From Nemertoderma westbladi (Eukaryota > Animalia > Xenacoelomorpha), in assembly GCA_032718475.1 (NCBI GenBank), contig JAUCBJ010002964.1:5551-69550 (forward strand): a stretch of DNA of 64,000 bases. Reading direction: 5' to 3'. The notes under the pieces were generated by a model. The model was not told the DNA's origin. It made no database searches and was given only the letters and a program-made list of their open reading frames with translations. Positions 25,300 through 39,117 of the stretch are shown here, one piece after another. Within the stretch, counting starts at the first letter, position 1. Every line of letters begins with the position of its first letter. A program made the position numbers and the translations under genes.

Positions 25300-25861
25300 T
25301 GTGACGGGATCCACGAAGGATCCCGATTTTTCCGGTTTATCAATCTACGTGTCCCCGCCGTGTGTGAAAGGTGAAAAGAGTTTGTGTTGTTCGTCGTATA
25401 TAATCCTTGGGTATAATAGTATAGATGAATGATGATAATATAGAATTGGTAATATAGTAAACGGAAGGCGGGAAACGGTGATTAAAGTCCCGGTACTTCC
25501 CTAGCTAAACTAACCTAACTAACACCAAATGATACACTGACTAAATGATACACTGACTAAATGATAGCTGTACTGATAATATATTGCACGGTTGGCCAAG
25601 TTACGCTACTCAGCCGGTGCCTTCCCCCCATTGGCTAATAACCCTGTTGTCGCCCCTTTTCCTCCCCAGTAGTGCTTCCCTTCGCCCCTGCTATTCTCTC
25701 TCTTTCAGGGGTGTAACCCCTGACCCCTATTGTGTGTGTGTTTCTCCTTCCCACTTTGTAGGGGTGACACGAGGTTGATATTGGTAATCAACCTCGTGTT
25801 CCCAATATTGCTTAACGGCTCACTCTATGGGGTTAGGTTAGCGGAATTGGATAAGCTAACA
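25300..25861 (-). repeat. 5' LTR of element 1, with CCAAT (25630-25634), TATA-like (25576-25585) and Inr-like TCAGT (~25552-25556)
   Basis: TG...CA termini, TSD, identity to the 3' LTR; promoter motifs identified by consensus only. Confidence 0.95.
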
Positions 25862-25866
25862 GAAGA

Positions 25867-27460
25867 GTTCTAGAACAATAGAAAAGTATTATATACTATT
25901 CTAGAACATAAATAAAAAAAATATATAATGTTCTATAACATATAGTTATTTTTTTTTAATTTTAAATTAGCTAGTAAATTAAAAAAAATATCAAATTTGG
26001 TAGATAAATTTTCTAATTAATAAATACCGGTAATATAAATAAAGAAATTTTTTTGTATTACTAGCTATTTTAAATTTGAAAAATAACTAGATGTTCTAGA
26101 ACATTTATATTATCTGTATTATTTAAGCTCTAGAATATTGTTATATATATATACATATGCTAAATAATATACATATACTATTACATAAATAAAAAAAAAA
26201 ATAATGTTCTAAAGCATATAGCTAGTTTTTTTTTAATTTTAAAATAGCTAGTAAATTTAACAAATAATACAATTTGGTACCGGTAGATAAATTAAGGCTA
26301 TGTAATGCCTATGTTGTAAATGCCTATTCCTATTCCTATGCAATGTAATGTGTTATTACTATTTATTAGGCATTACTATGTTATGGGTACCGGTACCAAT
26401 TTTTTGACCAATTTTTATTATATGAATATGGCTTTTATCATGAGGTTTTTTTGTTCTAGAACAAATATTTAACCTTCTTCCAGTAAGATGGTAGCTAGTA
26501 ATTTTGATTTTGTGTTAGCTAGTACTTTTTATTAGCTAGTGAAAAAAAATTATAATTGAAAAATTGAAAAAAAAATTTAACCAACTTTTTTCCTGTTAAA
26601 ATAGCCTGTTAAATTTAATATGATGTTTTTTGTTCTAGAACAAATATTTGACCTTCTGACAGTAAGATGGTAGCTAGTACTTTTGATTTTTTGTTAGCTA
26701 GAACTACTGTATTTATTAGCTAGTAAAAAAATTTAAGATATAATTTAATTCACAATTATATTACAGGTATATATTTATGCCTGGAATAATCTTGAGCTAC
26801 ATAGTAACATTTATCTCATAGTCAAAGTAGCTTGTAATTATTCACTAGCTAGTTTTTTTTATACAAGATATAGGCAGATGCAACAGTTTTTACTATTCAG
26901 AAATCTAAATTATATACATTTTTATTATACGCAGTCAGAACATTCATCGTGTTTAATACTATTATTTTCTTGATCTTTTCCAGAGCATCCAAAAAAAATT
27001 TCTTGATTTATTTATCGTTTTATTAGTCATTTCGAGAATATATTGATGATATGGAAATTGTCTAAATAAAAGGGGCACTACAAATTATCTTTTGTAATTT
27101 TATGATCACTAGCTATCTTTAAAAACACTAGCTATCATAATAAAAAATAAAAGGTAACCTCTCTCAGAAGGTGAAATTTACGTTCTAGAATACAAAACAT
27201 CGTTCCGATAGATAATTAATATCCATTAACATTGTCAAAAATTTATCAAAAATTAGGTACCAAAAATTTGGTTTTGTATTTTTAAAAACAGTAGTTACTT
27301 AAAAAAAAACACGGGAACAGTTCCGTATGTGCCAACATTTTCGTTGTTTTTTTCAACAAATTGTCATGCTCTTTTGTCAGGTTTTTCTCTTGATAAATGT
27401 TCTAGAACGTATATTGAGTGTTCTAGAACTTTAAAAAAATATTCTAGAACATTTTAATTA
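25867..27460. repeat. Degenerate AT-rich repeat rich in TTCTAGAA and CTAGCTA motifs; continues at ~11590-11861 on the other side of element 1
   Basis: Recurrent (G)TTCTAGAACA in both orientations; internal duplication at ~26440-26550 and ~26620-26730; probably an old DNA element targeted by element 1. Confidence 0.55.
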
Positions 27461-27730
27461 TGAATCTTCGAGAAAATAAATTACTTACTCTTAAAAAGAA
27501 AATTATTAAAAAAATTATTCAATTTTAAAATTGTTTTTATAATATTTATTATTATTTGAAAAGATGATAGAAAAAATAAAGTATTGAGGGTCTTTAGCTG
27601 GTTATATTATATTAAATAAAGATACAATAGTAAACGTTTTCGACCTACCGGTCTGCATCAGACTATGTACTGGCAACTAACAGGAAAAGGTGGGGGTCTA
27701 TATATATATTTTTAAAGGGGAATAATAGTT

Positions 27731-27988
27731 TTAAAGGGGAATACCTGATAGGTGAATCCCAGAAAGGTTAACGTCTATGTATGTACTGTATAACGTAAGG
27801 TAATTGTGATAGGGAAAATACACCGAGTAAGTTGAAAGCTGTCAATCTAAAGTACAAATATTTGTACTTTAGATTGACAGCTTTCAACTTACTCGGTGTA
27901 TTTTCCCTATCACAATTACCTTACGTTATACAGTACATACATAGACGTTAACCTTTCTGGGATTCACCTATCAGGTATTCCCCTTTAA
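27731..27988. mobile_element. 258-bp perfect spacer-less palindrome bounded by TTAA; Kolobok-like MITE
   Basis: Arms mirror about 27859/27860 (AGTACAAAT|ATTTGTACT); ends TTAA-AGGGGAAT...ATTCCCCT-TTAA fit a TTAA TSD with RR termini. Confidence 0.75.
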
Positions 27989-29439
27989 CCTTTTAGCTGC
28001 CAAGTTCCCATTTTGTTCCCTCAAATTTAGATGTAAGCCAGAGCTACAAATAAGACAATTCGGTATGTTCAATATACAACCCACAACAATCAAATGCTTT
28101 CAACAGTAATGTATCCTATACCTGTATACTATATGTAGTGGCATACGTTAAGAATACATTTTCTTCACTTCATGCGTTGCTGCGCGCGCTAAAATGTGTT
28201 AAAATGTTTAGAGTTCAAAAATAGTTTACAAAGGAAATAGGCCGATGGTTCTTATCGATTCTCCATTGCTTTTTATTGCCTTTGTTCACGAGAGGGCAAG
28301 GATAGGCCTATATTTAATATGTTAACCCCTTGACTAGGGAAGGGGGAGACTAAATTGTCTACCATGATTGGTTGCATTTGTTATCGCTATGGCATCACTA
28401 TAGTTTGGTATAGGACGGTTTTAGCTCGGTATAGCTCTGCATTGGATTGAATTGAACTCTCTTTTTATTAAAATTATAAAATAAAACAAATAAGTAACGA
28501 AATCAACAATTTACATTTAAATACACTGAATTAGAAACGGCAATAATTACAAATAACCACGCCATCAATAACTGTTCACTCTTCTATAAAAACATTTTAT
28601 GTTTTATAAGGACAAACGTTTATGCATACTGAGTAGAAACTAAAAACAAATGAATGATCACGCGTCCTAATTAATCGAATCTATTGAAATGGCAATGTAC
28701 TAATAAATTACAAGTTTTAAGTTTGTCACAAAAGGACTTAACACTTACTGATTCGATAACGTCACTGGGAAGTGAGTTCACATTGGTACTAGGATTGTTA
28801 TAGGTCGCATCCCTTTTAGAACGTACAGTACCTTGCTTTATTTATTACTCTGTTGCGCCATCGGCGCTACAGAAATGGAATGTCATAGAACGCAACAGAA
28901 TGTACAAGCCAATGGAATTAGAGTGGAATGTATAAACCAATCTTAGGTTGTTGCGCTGTTGCGCCAATGCTGCCATTGGTTATAGAGCTGTTGCGCTGTT
29001 CGCCATTGCGCTGTTGGGTGTTTTCCAGGAAGCCTGCTATATTACCAGTATTGGAAATTCCGTAATGCAATTTTGGCTAATTTTTCGACCCCCTCCCAAC
29101 TTAGTAACGATCCACCTGTACGACCCCCCCCCCCCCCCCCCCCCCCCCCTTCCACGTAAAGCTGGCTCGCTACATATATTAGTGGCCCTTTACCCAAGCG
29201 AAAAGATCGGCTATATTCCGCTGGCAAAAAGCCGACCATGTTTTGGGTTACTGTCGTAATGCTTTGTTCACTATGTTGTGACCGGTTGACCCCATGGATA
29301 TGTTAAAGTACCTTTGGACACGTTCATAGATTGTGGCCACCCTGGATCTAGAATATTAGCTGCTGCCTTAATCCCAGGTGGGATTCTGAGTTTTATTAAT
29401 AGGCAACACAAATAAGTCTTTTAATCTTTTTCTCAACTA

Positions 29440-32412
29440 CTACTACAGTAGGATCGGCATGCTGCATTGCAGCTGCATTTTTAAGAATGCTGTGCCGGCT
29501 TGTCAACAAAATTGCACCGTCACAACTCCCTATCACCCATGACATTTGCTAGATCATCCGCATCTTTAAGGTCAGTGTCCTTTAAGATGCGTCTCAAGAA
29601 AGTCATGGGCTGTCCACCATGCTTATTCACTCCATGAGGCTGCCAAAGTACAAGATTATGCACTGGCTGGTCCTCACGGCGAAAGCAATGTCCTGCAAAG
29701 CGGAGGCAAATTTGTTCTAGTGTCAAGCTTGGGGGAACCAATGAGACACCTCCAATGTTATATAGTGTCTGGTTGGAGATGTGTGCATTGTACTTGACAC
29801 AATGAACCCGGCGTAGCATTCTTGTGAATGTGCCATCCAGAGATTTGGTGTCCTCAGCAGTTAGAGCCCAGCATGGACTCCCGTAGAGGAGTACTGGAAC
29901 TACTGCTGCTCTAAATAATCGGACCTTAAGTTTCCGATTAATTCTAGGTGACTTCCAAATCCTAGAAAGCCTATTCAAGGCTGCCCATGCCTTTCCCTTA
30001 CGTATTCGAAGGTCCTCACCTGACTTCCGGATCCATGATCCAAGGTAACAGAAGTCGTCCACATGCTCAAGCATACCATCCTTTGAGCTTATGCTCATCC
30101 GATCAGAGACTTGCTGAGGACTTTCAAAGTTAACTGTCAGAATTTTGGTCTTTCTGGAGTTAATAAAAAGACCAACACTAGAAGCAGCATGTTCTAATGA
30201 GCTGAGGAGCCGTTGGGCTCCCTCTAATGATTCTGAGAGTACTCCTAAGTCATCAGCAAAGTCTAGATCAGTTAGGTACTTGGCAAGACTTCCTCGACTT
30301 CTGGAGCCAGTAGGTGGAGTTATCATCACCCCATCATCATTATGATGATCTAAGGACATGCGTAGAACATAGTCAACCACAATAATGAACAAGAATGGTG
30401 CAAGTGTGTCTCCTTGGAGGACGCCCCATAACACTTCAAATGGTTCTGTGTCACCGTCAACAGTAGACACAAATGTTGTCGAACCATCGTATACTGATCT
30501 GATTGCTGCAATAATTTCATCAGCAGAGGCGGAAATCCTGGGGGGGAGCAGGGGAAATTGTCCCCCCCACTTTTTAGAATCCATGATAATGTCCCCTCCA
30601 CATTTAGGTAGCACATGTTTTTTCATTCAGTCCAGATTCCACCGGCGGTTGAATTGATCCAATTATCGGTTAAATATCATTATAGCGGTTATTACATGAA
30701 ACACGGCAACGTTGGTATATTGCCTCTATGTATACTAGCCTCAATGTGAGCAGGGCCTCATTACCGCCTAGGCTAACAAGGCCATCATGGCGTCGGCCTT
30801 GTGGCCGGCCGAATTATAACATGGGGCCTCGAACAATACAAGAGCTATTTTTATTAATAATGATTTTAAAGACATTCTAACCACATTTAGATAGTTAATT
30901 TATTTGGAAAAATCGTAAATATTCATTCCAGAACATATATTTATTTAACATGGGGTGAATCAGTCAGCTAGTAGAGGGACAGAAACAAGTAGAAACATTT
31001 TAAAGTTGAGAGTTGTTTCTATTGGTTGTCTGGCAACTGACGTAGCCGGCTGGGGATTTGGGATGCCCCATGAGTGGACAGGGCATCCAACTACTGCTAA
31101 CATACTGTAACTGTTTCCAGTGAAACAAAATATGAGGGCCCTTAGTAGTCAATGTGAGAGGCAGCCAAGTTGTAAATATTCATTCCAGAACATGTATTTA
31201 TTTAACATGGGGTGTATCCATTCAATTCATTAGTAGCGCAGACAAGTAGACACTTAGTATATTGAAGGTAAGTTGATTCTATTGGTTGACTGACTAGACC
31301 TCTGGTGTATACCATGAGCGCATATATACAATACAATAGGAAGGGATTCCCTCTAATATTGATAACAAAATGGCACAATGCAATATACTTTATTAGTGTT
31401 ATTTTTCCGTGGTTTGCGTTATGGGCGAATTACTCAATAGTATAGTTTAGTATCGTTATTGGCTTTAATGTTGGCTGTAAAACCCTTAACTATAATGGAG
31501 CAATTTAATAAGTCGCTGCAGTCCCGCACTATGACTCTTAAAGGTACGATGGAGACAGTCCCTCTGATTGTTAACGAACTGCAGAGGTTGAGAACAGCAG
31601 AGGCATTCAGCGCGGATTTCACTGAAGCTAGTGCGAAGCTAGAGGAATTGGGATTAAGTACGCTATCGATTCCAAGAAATAGACGCCCCCCAAGACGTTA
31701 TACTGGTCCTGCTGAACAATATCACTATAGGGGCTGTTGCGCTGTCAGTCAGAGAGGTAACAGCCCATGGGGTAAGGATTTACCCATGGGGCACTAACTA
31801 TCAGACAGTCTGATACCAACTGTCAGACAGTCTTTTTCAACTATCAGATAGATGATCGCCCAGTTACAAGTTGCCCGATAGTTGTATTTTTTAAACCCCG
31901 AGTGTTGTTGACGGAGTCTGTTACTTCCGAAATCGTTAATCGTGGTGCCGGTGCCGGAATTATGCTGAATGAAAGTATGCTGAACATACGTGACCGAGAG
32001 ACTGAATCAAAGGCCTTGAAGAAGTCAACAAAGATAACAGCCAGATGCCTATCTTTCTTTTTTGATAATTCTTTTTTAATTTAATAATTTTTATCCTTCT
32101 AAGTGCCAAAATGGGCTCCATGGTCCCACGACCTTTACGGAACCCATTCCGATTTCCACGGAGCAGTCTCTCAATGGGATCCCTGTTGCGATTTAATAGA
32201 ATCCTATTGTATAGCTTTGCAGCAATCGAGATCAATGAGATTCCCCGAAAAGAACCATACAGTGTTAGGTTGTCCTTCTTGGGAACTGGCACCAACTTAT
32301 TTGTTTTCATTTCTTGTGGGACTCTTGTTGTTCGGTACATGTCTACTATGATGGGATAGATGAGCTTTAAACACTCAGGTATTTTAAAGACCTCAGGGGG
32401 AACACCATCTAC
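29440..32412 (-). mobile_element. RTE copy 2 (5'-truncated), interrupted by an insertion at 30524-31967
   Basis: Near-identical to copy 1; (TAG)n tail; TSD-like TTTTCTCAACTA at 29428-29439 and 32448-32459; premature stop and an AT-rich frameshifting indel near 32070-32090. Confidence 0.92.
30524..31967 (+). mobile_element. Composite DNA-transposon debris including a hAT (ZMYM1-like) transposase fragment at ~31459-31710
   Basis: Begins CAGAGGCGGA...GGGGGGGG (hAT-like terminus); peptide FNKSLQSRTMTL...V...LQRLR...F...LSIPRNRRPPRRY resembles the mid-region of hAT transposases; absent from duplication unit B. Confidence 0.6.
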
Positions 32413-33080
32413 ATCTCTATATATCTACATCTTCATCCATATACATCTTTTCTCAACTAGAACACTACTGATAGGCCTAATCAATTAAGATGCTAATAAA
32501 TAATGCTCCACAGTCAGACAGTAGTTAATTTCGTATTCTGTATTTTTAATGAACAAATAATAATATATACAAAATTTAGCTTACCGGTACACTAAAAGGG
32601 GCATTCGCGATTACATCAAATATTAACCGACTCATTTGTTATTAGCATTCAAACATTTCCAACGACGAAGAAAGACCGTCACTAGTGCAGATATGCTAAA
32701 GACTTACCTTACTTAGGCTAGACTTCGTAGCTCGCCCCACGCACACCTTCACCTTCCACCTTCACCTTGTCACCTTTCAGTTTTTCTATTCTACTCATCA
32801 GCTCATACTGTCATAGGTTATTCGTATCTGTTCTGTTCCCACCCCAAGCTCCAAGACTGCCAAGCAAGAACAAAGCTCTCTCACAACATATTATATTTAA
32901 TACCTTGTGACCCAACAGCCCAATGTCTTTCATCGTTGTCACCTTTGTCATCCAATGAGAATGAGAATACTGGATTCAAATAATTCTGTAGGGTGGCCTG
33001 TTATTGACTGAGTTCTGGAGTTAAGGCTGTAAGCAGGTAAGGAGGCCAATTCAGTCTCCTTCACAGGATTTAGTCTCATG

Positions 33081-33785
33081 TATGAAGCGCCGTTTACGCC
33101 AAAACTATCTGAATAAATATTATACTCAAGATGTGTCAATAAAAAATATTATACTTAAGATGTAACTAAATTCTCGGCCGAGATTCTCGGCCGAGTTTTT
33201 CTCGGCCGAGTTTTCTCTGCCGAGTTTTTCTCGGCCGAGTTTTTCTCGGCCGAGATCTCGACCGAGTTTTCTCTGCCGAGTTTTTCTCGGCCGAGTTTTT
33301 CTCGGCCGAGAATTTATAATCTTAAAAGTTGTAACAGCGGGAAATATTGCTCAATATATGTCGTATAGCTTTATCAAGGTTGACATTATCTATATCAGAG
33401 TATTTATTATTATTCAGTCCATATTGTTTACAACGCCTTGAAATAGTTCGTTCGCTAACATCCAAAATGCGTGCCGTAAATACTGTAATTATTGCAAATA
33501 CAATGCCATTTTAAATTTCCCGCCGTTTCATATTTTAATACTTTCTCGGCCGAGAAAAACTCGGCCGAGAAAAACTCGGCCGAGAATCTCGGCCGAGAAA
33601 AACTCGGCCGAGATCTCGGCCGAGAAAAACTCGGCAGAGAAAACTCGGCCGAGATCTCGGCCGAGAAAAACTCGGCCGAGAATCTCGGCCGAGAATTTAG
33701 ATACATCTTAAGTATAATATTTTTTATTGACACATCTTGAGTATAATATTTATTCAGATAGTTTTGGCGTAAACGGCGCTTCATA
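33081..33785. mobile_element. 705-bp MITE with long TIRs and subterminal arrays of the palindrome CTCGGCCGAG
   Basis: TIR TATGAAGCGCCGTTTACGCCAAAAC...; TSD CTCATG (33075-33080, 33786-33791); empty site seen in unit B at ~61698-61703. Confidence 0.92.
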
Positions 33786-34784
33786 CTCATGTACTGATGT
33801 AGACACGGAAAAGAGTACAGCTGTACAGGGGTATCTTTCCGATTGCGCGAAGGTAAATCATCCTCTAACAACTGGTAGGCCTTGCTGCCTTGGCCTACCG
33901 ATACTTGGTCGAACGTGTCTGACTCAAACGAAGGAGCCTACCTGCTGGCTGGCTGGACGGGCGTAGCACATCTCTGCCATCTGCGCAGCCCTTCCACCTT
34001 CTAGCACTTTCAGACTTTGCTGCTTTGCCTGCCCTTGCACATTTCTGCGCCGGCTCCCGCTGTGTGTTGCGCGCGCAGTTGCAAGGTCAATAGTATCTAC
34101 ATCATTGTCCAGAATAGGGTGTTTCCCTTCACTTCTATGGGGCTTTCTATTATTCCTACCTGTCCCAAATACGTTGTGTAATGATTTCCAACCTGTCCAA
34201 TATAGGGGCATCCAATCAAATCATCATATGAGCGAACTCCTCTTCATCGGACCAATACCAACATTCCTAAAGTTAGGCATCTCCCTTATTGGCTATATAA
34301 TGTAAAGGTTAACGGAAAATTCCACTGATATATAATCCAAGTGTCAACTACGAATCCAGGGCTCATTATAACAACCTATACTGGACAGAGCAACGTATTT
34401 GGGACAAGAGCTGGTTGAGGTATATGTACAGTGGAAATTCCCATTCTAAATAAGGGCATTTGGAATGCTTGTTCCCTAGTTATGGTTAAAGATATACTGT
34501 GGGTGCCTTGCAAATGGCCTGTACGACTGATGCATTATAGGCTATAGTGTCATCATAGTCACGTTATTTAATTTCATGTTGTACAATTTATTCATATTGT
34601 GCAATTTATTCATGTTGTGCAATTTATTCTTTGTGCAATTTATTCATGTGGTGCAATTTATTCACTTATAATAAATCTAAATACATTCGTATATTAATAA
34701 TTAAATGACAATCAAATTAGTGATATCGCAACCTCCTCCCCTGGACACAACTTCATCCCAAATAGTCCTTAATAAGTCTTAAAT

Positions 34785-37700
34785 TTGACTCAAATAGGTT
34801 GTTAGTGTCCCATATAGGGTGTTTGTGTCCCATATAGGTTGATTTTGTCCAAAATAGCCTGTAGCTTTATCAAAATTATTTCAAATAGTTTGTAAATGTA
34901 AAGGAATACTGAAAAGAATATCGACTTCATAATCACAGCTTTAATTCCAATTTGTCCCAAATAGGTTGTTTATGTCCCATATAGGGTGTTTGTGTCCCAC
35001 ACAGGGTGTTTTTGTACCAAATAGCATGTAACTTTCTCAAAATGATTTTACATAGTTTATAAATATGATGGAAATACTCAAAAGAAAATAGAATCCACTA
35101 TCATAGCTTTAATTTAAATTTGTCCCAAATAGGTTGTTTGTGTCCCATATAGGGTGTTTGTGTCCAGTATATGGTGTGAAGTGCTTATAATGATTTCAAA
35201 TAGTTTCGAAATGTAATGGAATACTCAAAAGAATATAGCATTCACTATCATAGCTTTAATTTAAATTTGTCCCAAATAGGTTGTTTGTGTCCCATATAGG
35301 GTGTTTGTGTCCAGTATATGGTGTGAAGTGCTTATAATGATTTCAAATAGTTTCGAAATGTAATGGAATACTCAAAAGAATATAGCATTCACTATCATAG
35401 CTTTAATTTAAATTTGTCCCAAATAGGTTGTTTGTGTCCCAAATAGCGTGTGACTTTCTCAAAATGATTTTAAATAGTTTCTAAATCTCATGGAATACTC
35501 AAAAGAATATAAAATTCACTACTATAGCTTTAATTTCAATTTGTCCCAAATAGGTTGTTTTTGACCCATATAGGGTGTTTATGTCCCGTATAGGGTGTGA
35601 ATTGCTTATAATGATTTCAAATAGTTTCTAAATGTAATGGAATCCTCAAAAGAATATAGAATCCACTATCATAGCTTTAATTTAAATTTGTCCCAAATAG
35701 GTTGTTTATGTCCCATATAGGGTGTTTGTGTCCCATATAGGGTGTTTGTGTCCCAAATTGCGTGTGACTTTCTCAAAATGATTTTACATAGTTTATAAAT
35801 ATAATGGAATAGTCAAAAGCAAATATAATTCACTATCATAGCTTTAATTCAAATTTGTCCCAAATAGGTTGTTTTTGTCCCATATAGGGTGTTTGTTTCC
35901 CGTATAGGGTGTGAATTGCTTATAATAATTTCAAGTAGTTTCTAAATGTAATGGAATCCTCAAAAGAATATATAATTCACTACCATAGCTTTAATTTCAA
36001 TTTGTCCCAAATAGGTTGTTTTTGTCCCATATAGGGTGTTTGTGTCCCGTATAGGGTGTGTATTTCTTATAATGATTTCAAATAGTTTCTAAATGCAGGG
36101 GAATACTCAAAAGAATATAGAATTCACTACCATAGCTGTAATTTCAATTTGTCCCAAATAGGTTTTTTTGGCCCATATAGGGTGTTTATGTCCCGTATAC
36201 TGTAGGGTGTTTGTATCCCAAATAGCGTGTGACTTTCTCAAAATGATTTTAAATAGTTTCTAAATCTCATGGAATACTCAAAAGAATATAGAATTCACTA
36301 CTATAGCTTTAATTTCAATTTGTCCCACATAGGGAGTTTGTGTCCCGTATAGGGTGTGAATTGCTTATAATGATTTCAAATATATTTTCTAAATGTAATG
36401 GAATATTCAAAAGAATATAGAATCCACTATCATAGCTTTAATTTAAATTTGTCCCAAATAGGTTGTTTATGTCCCATATAGGGTGTTTGTGTCCCATATA
36501 GGGTGTTTGTGTCCCAATTTGCGTGTGACTTTCTCAAAATGATTTTACATAGTTTATAAATATAATGGAATAGTCAAAAGCAAATAGAATTCACTATCAT
36601 AGCTTTAATTTAAATTTGTCCCAAATAGGTTGTTTTTGTCCCATATAGAGTGCTTGCGTCCCGTATAGGGTGTGAATTGCTTATAATAATTTCAAATAGT
36701 TTCTAAATGTAATGGAATAATAAAAATAATATAGAATTCACTATCATAGCTTTAATTTCAATTTGTCCCCAATAGGTTGTTTTTTGTTGTCCCATATAGG
36801 GTGTTTGTGTCCCGTATAGGGTGTGAATTGCTTATAATGATTTCAAATATTTTCTAAATGTAATGGAATACTCAAAAGAATATAGAATTCACTATCATAG
36901 CTTTAATTTAAATTTGTCCCAAATAGGTTGTTTATGTCCCATATGGGGTGTTTGTGTCCCATATAGGGTGTTTGTGTCCCAAATTGCGTGTGACTTTCTC
37001 AAAATGATTTTACATAGTTTATAAATATAATGGAATACTCAAAATAAAATATAATTCACTATTATAGCTTTAATTTAAATTTGTCCCAAATAGGTTGTTT
37101 TTGTCCCATATAGGGTGTTTGTGTGCCAAATAGCGTGTGACTTTCTCAAAATGATTTTACATAGTTTCCAAATATAATGGAATACTTAAAAGAAAATATA
37201 ATTCACTATCATTTTTTCTTTAATTTAAATTTGTCCCAAATAGGTTGTTTATGTCCCATATAGGGTGTTTGTGTCCCATATAGGGTGTTTGTGTCCCAAT
37301 TTGCGTGCGACTTTCTCAAAATGATTTTACATAGTTTATAAATATAATGGAATAGTCAAAAGCAAATATAATTCACTATCATAGCTTTAATTTAAATTTG
37401 TCCCAAATAGGTTGTTTTTGTCCCATATAGGGTGTTTGTGTCCCATATAAGGGTGTGTATTGCTTATAATGATTTCAAATAGTTTCTAAATGTAGGGGAA
37501 TACTCAAAAGAATATAGAATTCACTACCATAGCTTTAATTGCAATTTGTCCCAAATAGGTTGTTTTTGGCCCATATAGGGTGTTTATGTCCCGTATAGGG
37601 TGTTTGTGTCCCAAATAGCGTGTAACTTTCTCAAAATGATTTTAAATAGTTTCATTACATTTCGAAACTATTTGAAATCATTTTAAGCACTTCACACCCT

Positions 37701-38835
37701 ATACGGGACACAAACACCCTATATGGGATACAAACAACCTATTTGGGACAAATTTAAATTAAAGCTATGATAGTGGATTCTATTTTCTTTTGAGTATTTC
37801 CATTATATTTATAAACTATGTAAAATCATTTTGAGAAAGTCATACGCTTTTTGGGACACAAACACCCTATATGGGACACAAACACCCTATATGGGACATA
37901 TACAACCTATTTGGGACACATTTAAATTAAAGCTATGATAGTGGGTTCTATTTTCTTTTGAGTATTTCCATTATATTTATAAACTATGTAAAATCATTTT
38001 GAGAAAGTCATACGCTATTTGGCACACAAACACCCTATATGGGACAAAAACAACCTATTTGGGACAAATTTAAATTAAAGCTATGATAGTGAATTATATT
38101 TTCTTTTGAGTATTCAATTATATTTATAAACTATGTAAAATCATTTTGAGAAAGTCACACGCTATTTGGGACACAAACACCCTATATGGGACACAAACAA
38201 CCTATTTGGGACAAATTTAAATTAAAGCTATGATAGTGGATTCTATTTTCTTTTGAGTATTTCCATTATATTTATAAACTATGTAAAATCATTTTGAGAA
38301 AGTCATACGCTATTTGGCACACAAACACCCTATATGGGACAAAAACAACCTATTTGGGACAAATTTAAATTAAAGCTATGATAGTGAATTATATTTTCTT
38401 TTGAGTATTCCATTATATTTATAAACTATGTAAAATCATTTTGAGAAAGTCACACGCTATTTGGGACACAAACACCCTATATGGGACACAAACACCCTAT
38501 ATGGGACATAAACAACCTATTTGGGACAATTTTAAATTAAAGCTATGATAGTGAATTCTATATTCTTTAGAGTATTCCATTACATTTAGAAAATATTTGA
38601 AATCATTATACGCAATTCACACCCTATACGGGACACAAACACCCTATTTGGGACAAAAACAACCTATTTGGGAAAAATTGAAATTAAAGCTATGGTATTA
38701 AATTATATATTCTTTTGAGTATTCCATGAGATTTAGTAACTATTTAAAATCATTTTGAGATAGTGACACGCTTCACACACTATATGGGACACAAACACCC
38801 TATATGGGACACAAACAACCTATTTGAGTCAAATT
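34785..38835. repeat. Satellite of ~120-145-bp units with internal ~19-bp subrepeats (GTCCCATATAGGGTGTTTGT); forward to 37653, reversed after
   Basis: Recurrent TCACTATCATAGCTTTAATTTAAATTTGTCCCAAATAGGTTGTTT; two alternating unit variants. Confidence 0.95.
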
Positions 38836-39117
38836 TAAGACTTATTAAGGACTATTTGGGATGAAGTTATGTCTGGGGGAGGAGGTTGCGATATCACTAA
38901 TTTGATTGTCATTTAATTATTATTATACGAATGTATTTGGATTTATTATATATGAATAAATTGCACCACATGAATAAATTGCACAATGAATAAATTGCAC
39001 AATGAATAAATTGCACAACATGAATAAATTGCACAATATGAAAAAAATGCACAACATGACATGAAATAATGTGACTATGGTGACATTATAGCCTATAATG
39101 CATCACAGTCTTACAGG

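Larger units (their letters stand above)
11867..25861 (-). mobile_element. Full-length Bel/Pao LTR retrotransposon, element 1 (14.0 kb, defective copy, extra 3' ORF)
   Basis: Two ~563-bp LTRs with TG...CA ends and only a handful of differences; 5-bp TSD GAAGA (11862-11866, 25862-25866); domain order gag-PR-RT-RNaseH-IN with Bel/Pao motifs; PPT adjoining the 3' LTR. Confidence 0.97.

Noticed and set aside
33455-33871. ORFs with SAEFF/SAEKN repeats
   Set aside because: Translations of the MITE palindrome arrays.
34785-38835. Regular repeats that might suggest a CRISPR array (also 16175-16705 and 33170-33695)
   Set aside because: No unique spacers, no cas genes, eukaryotic context; these are satellite or subterminal repeats.
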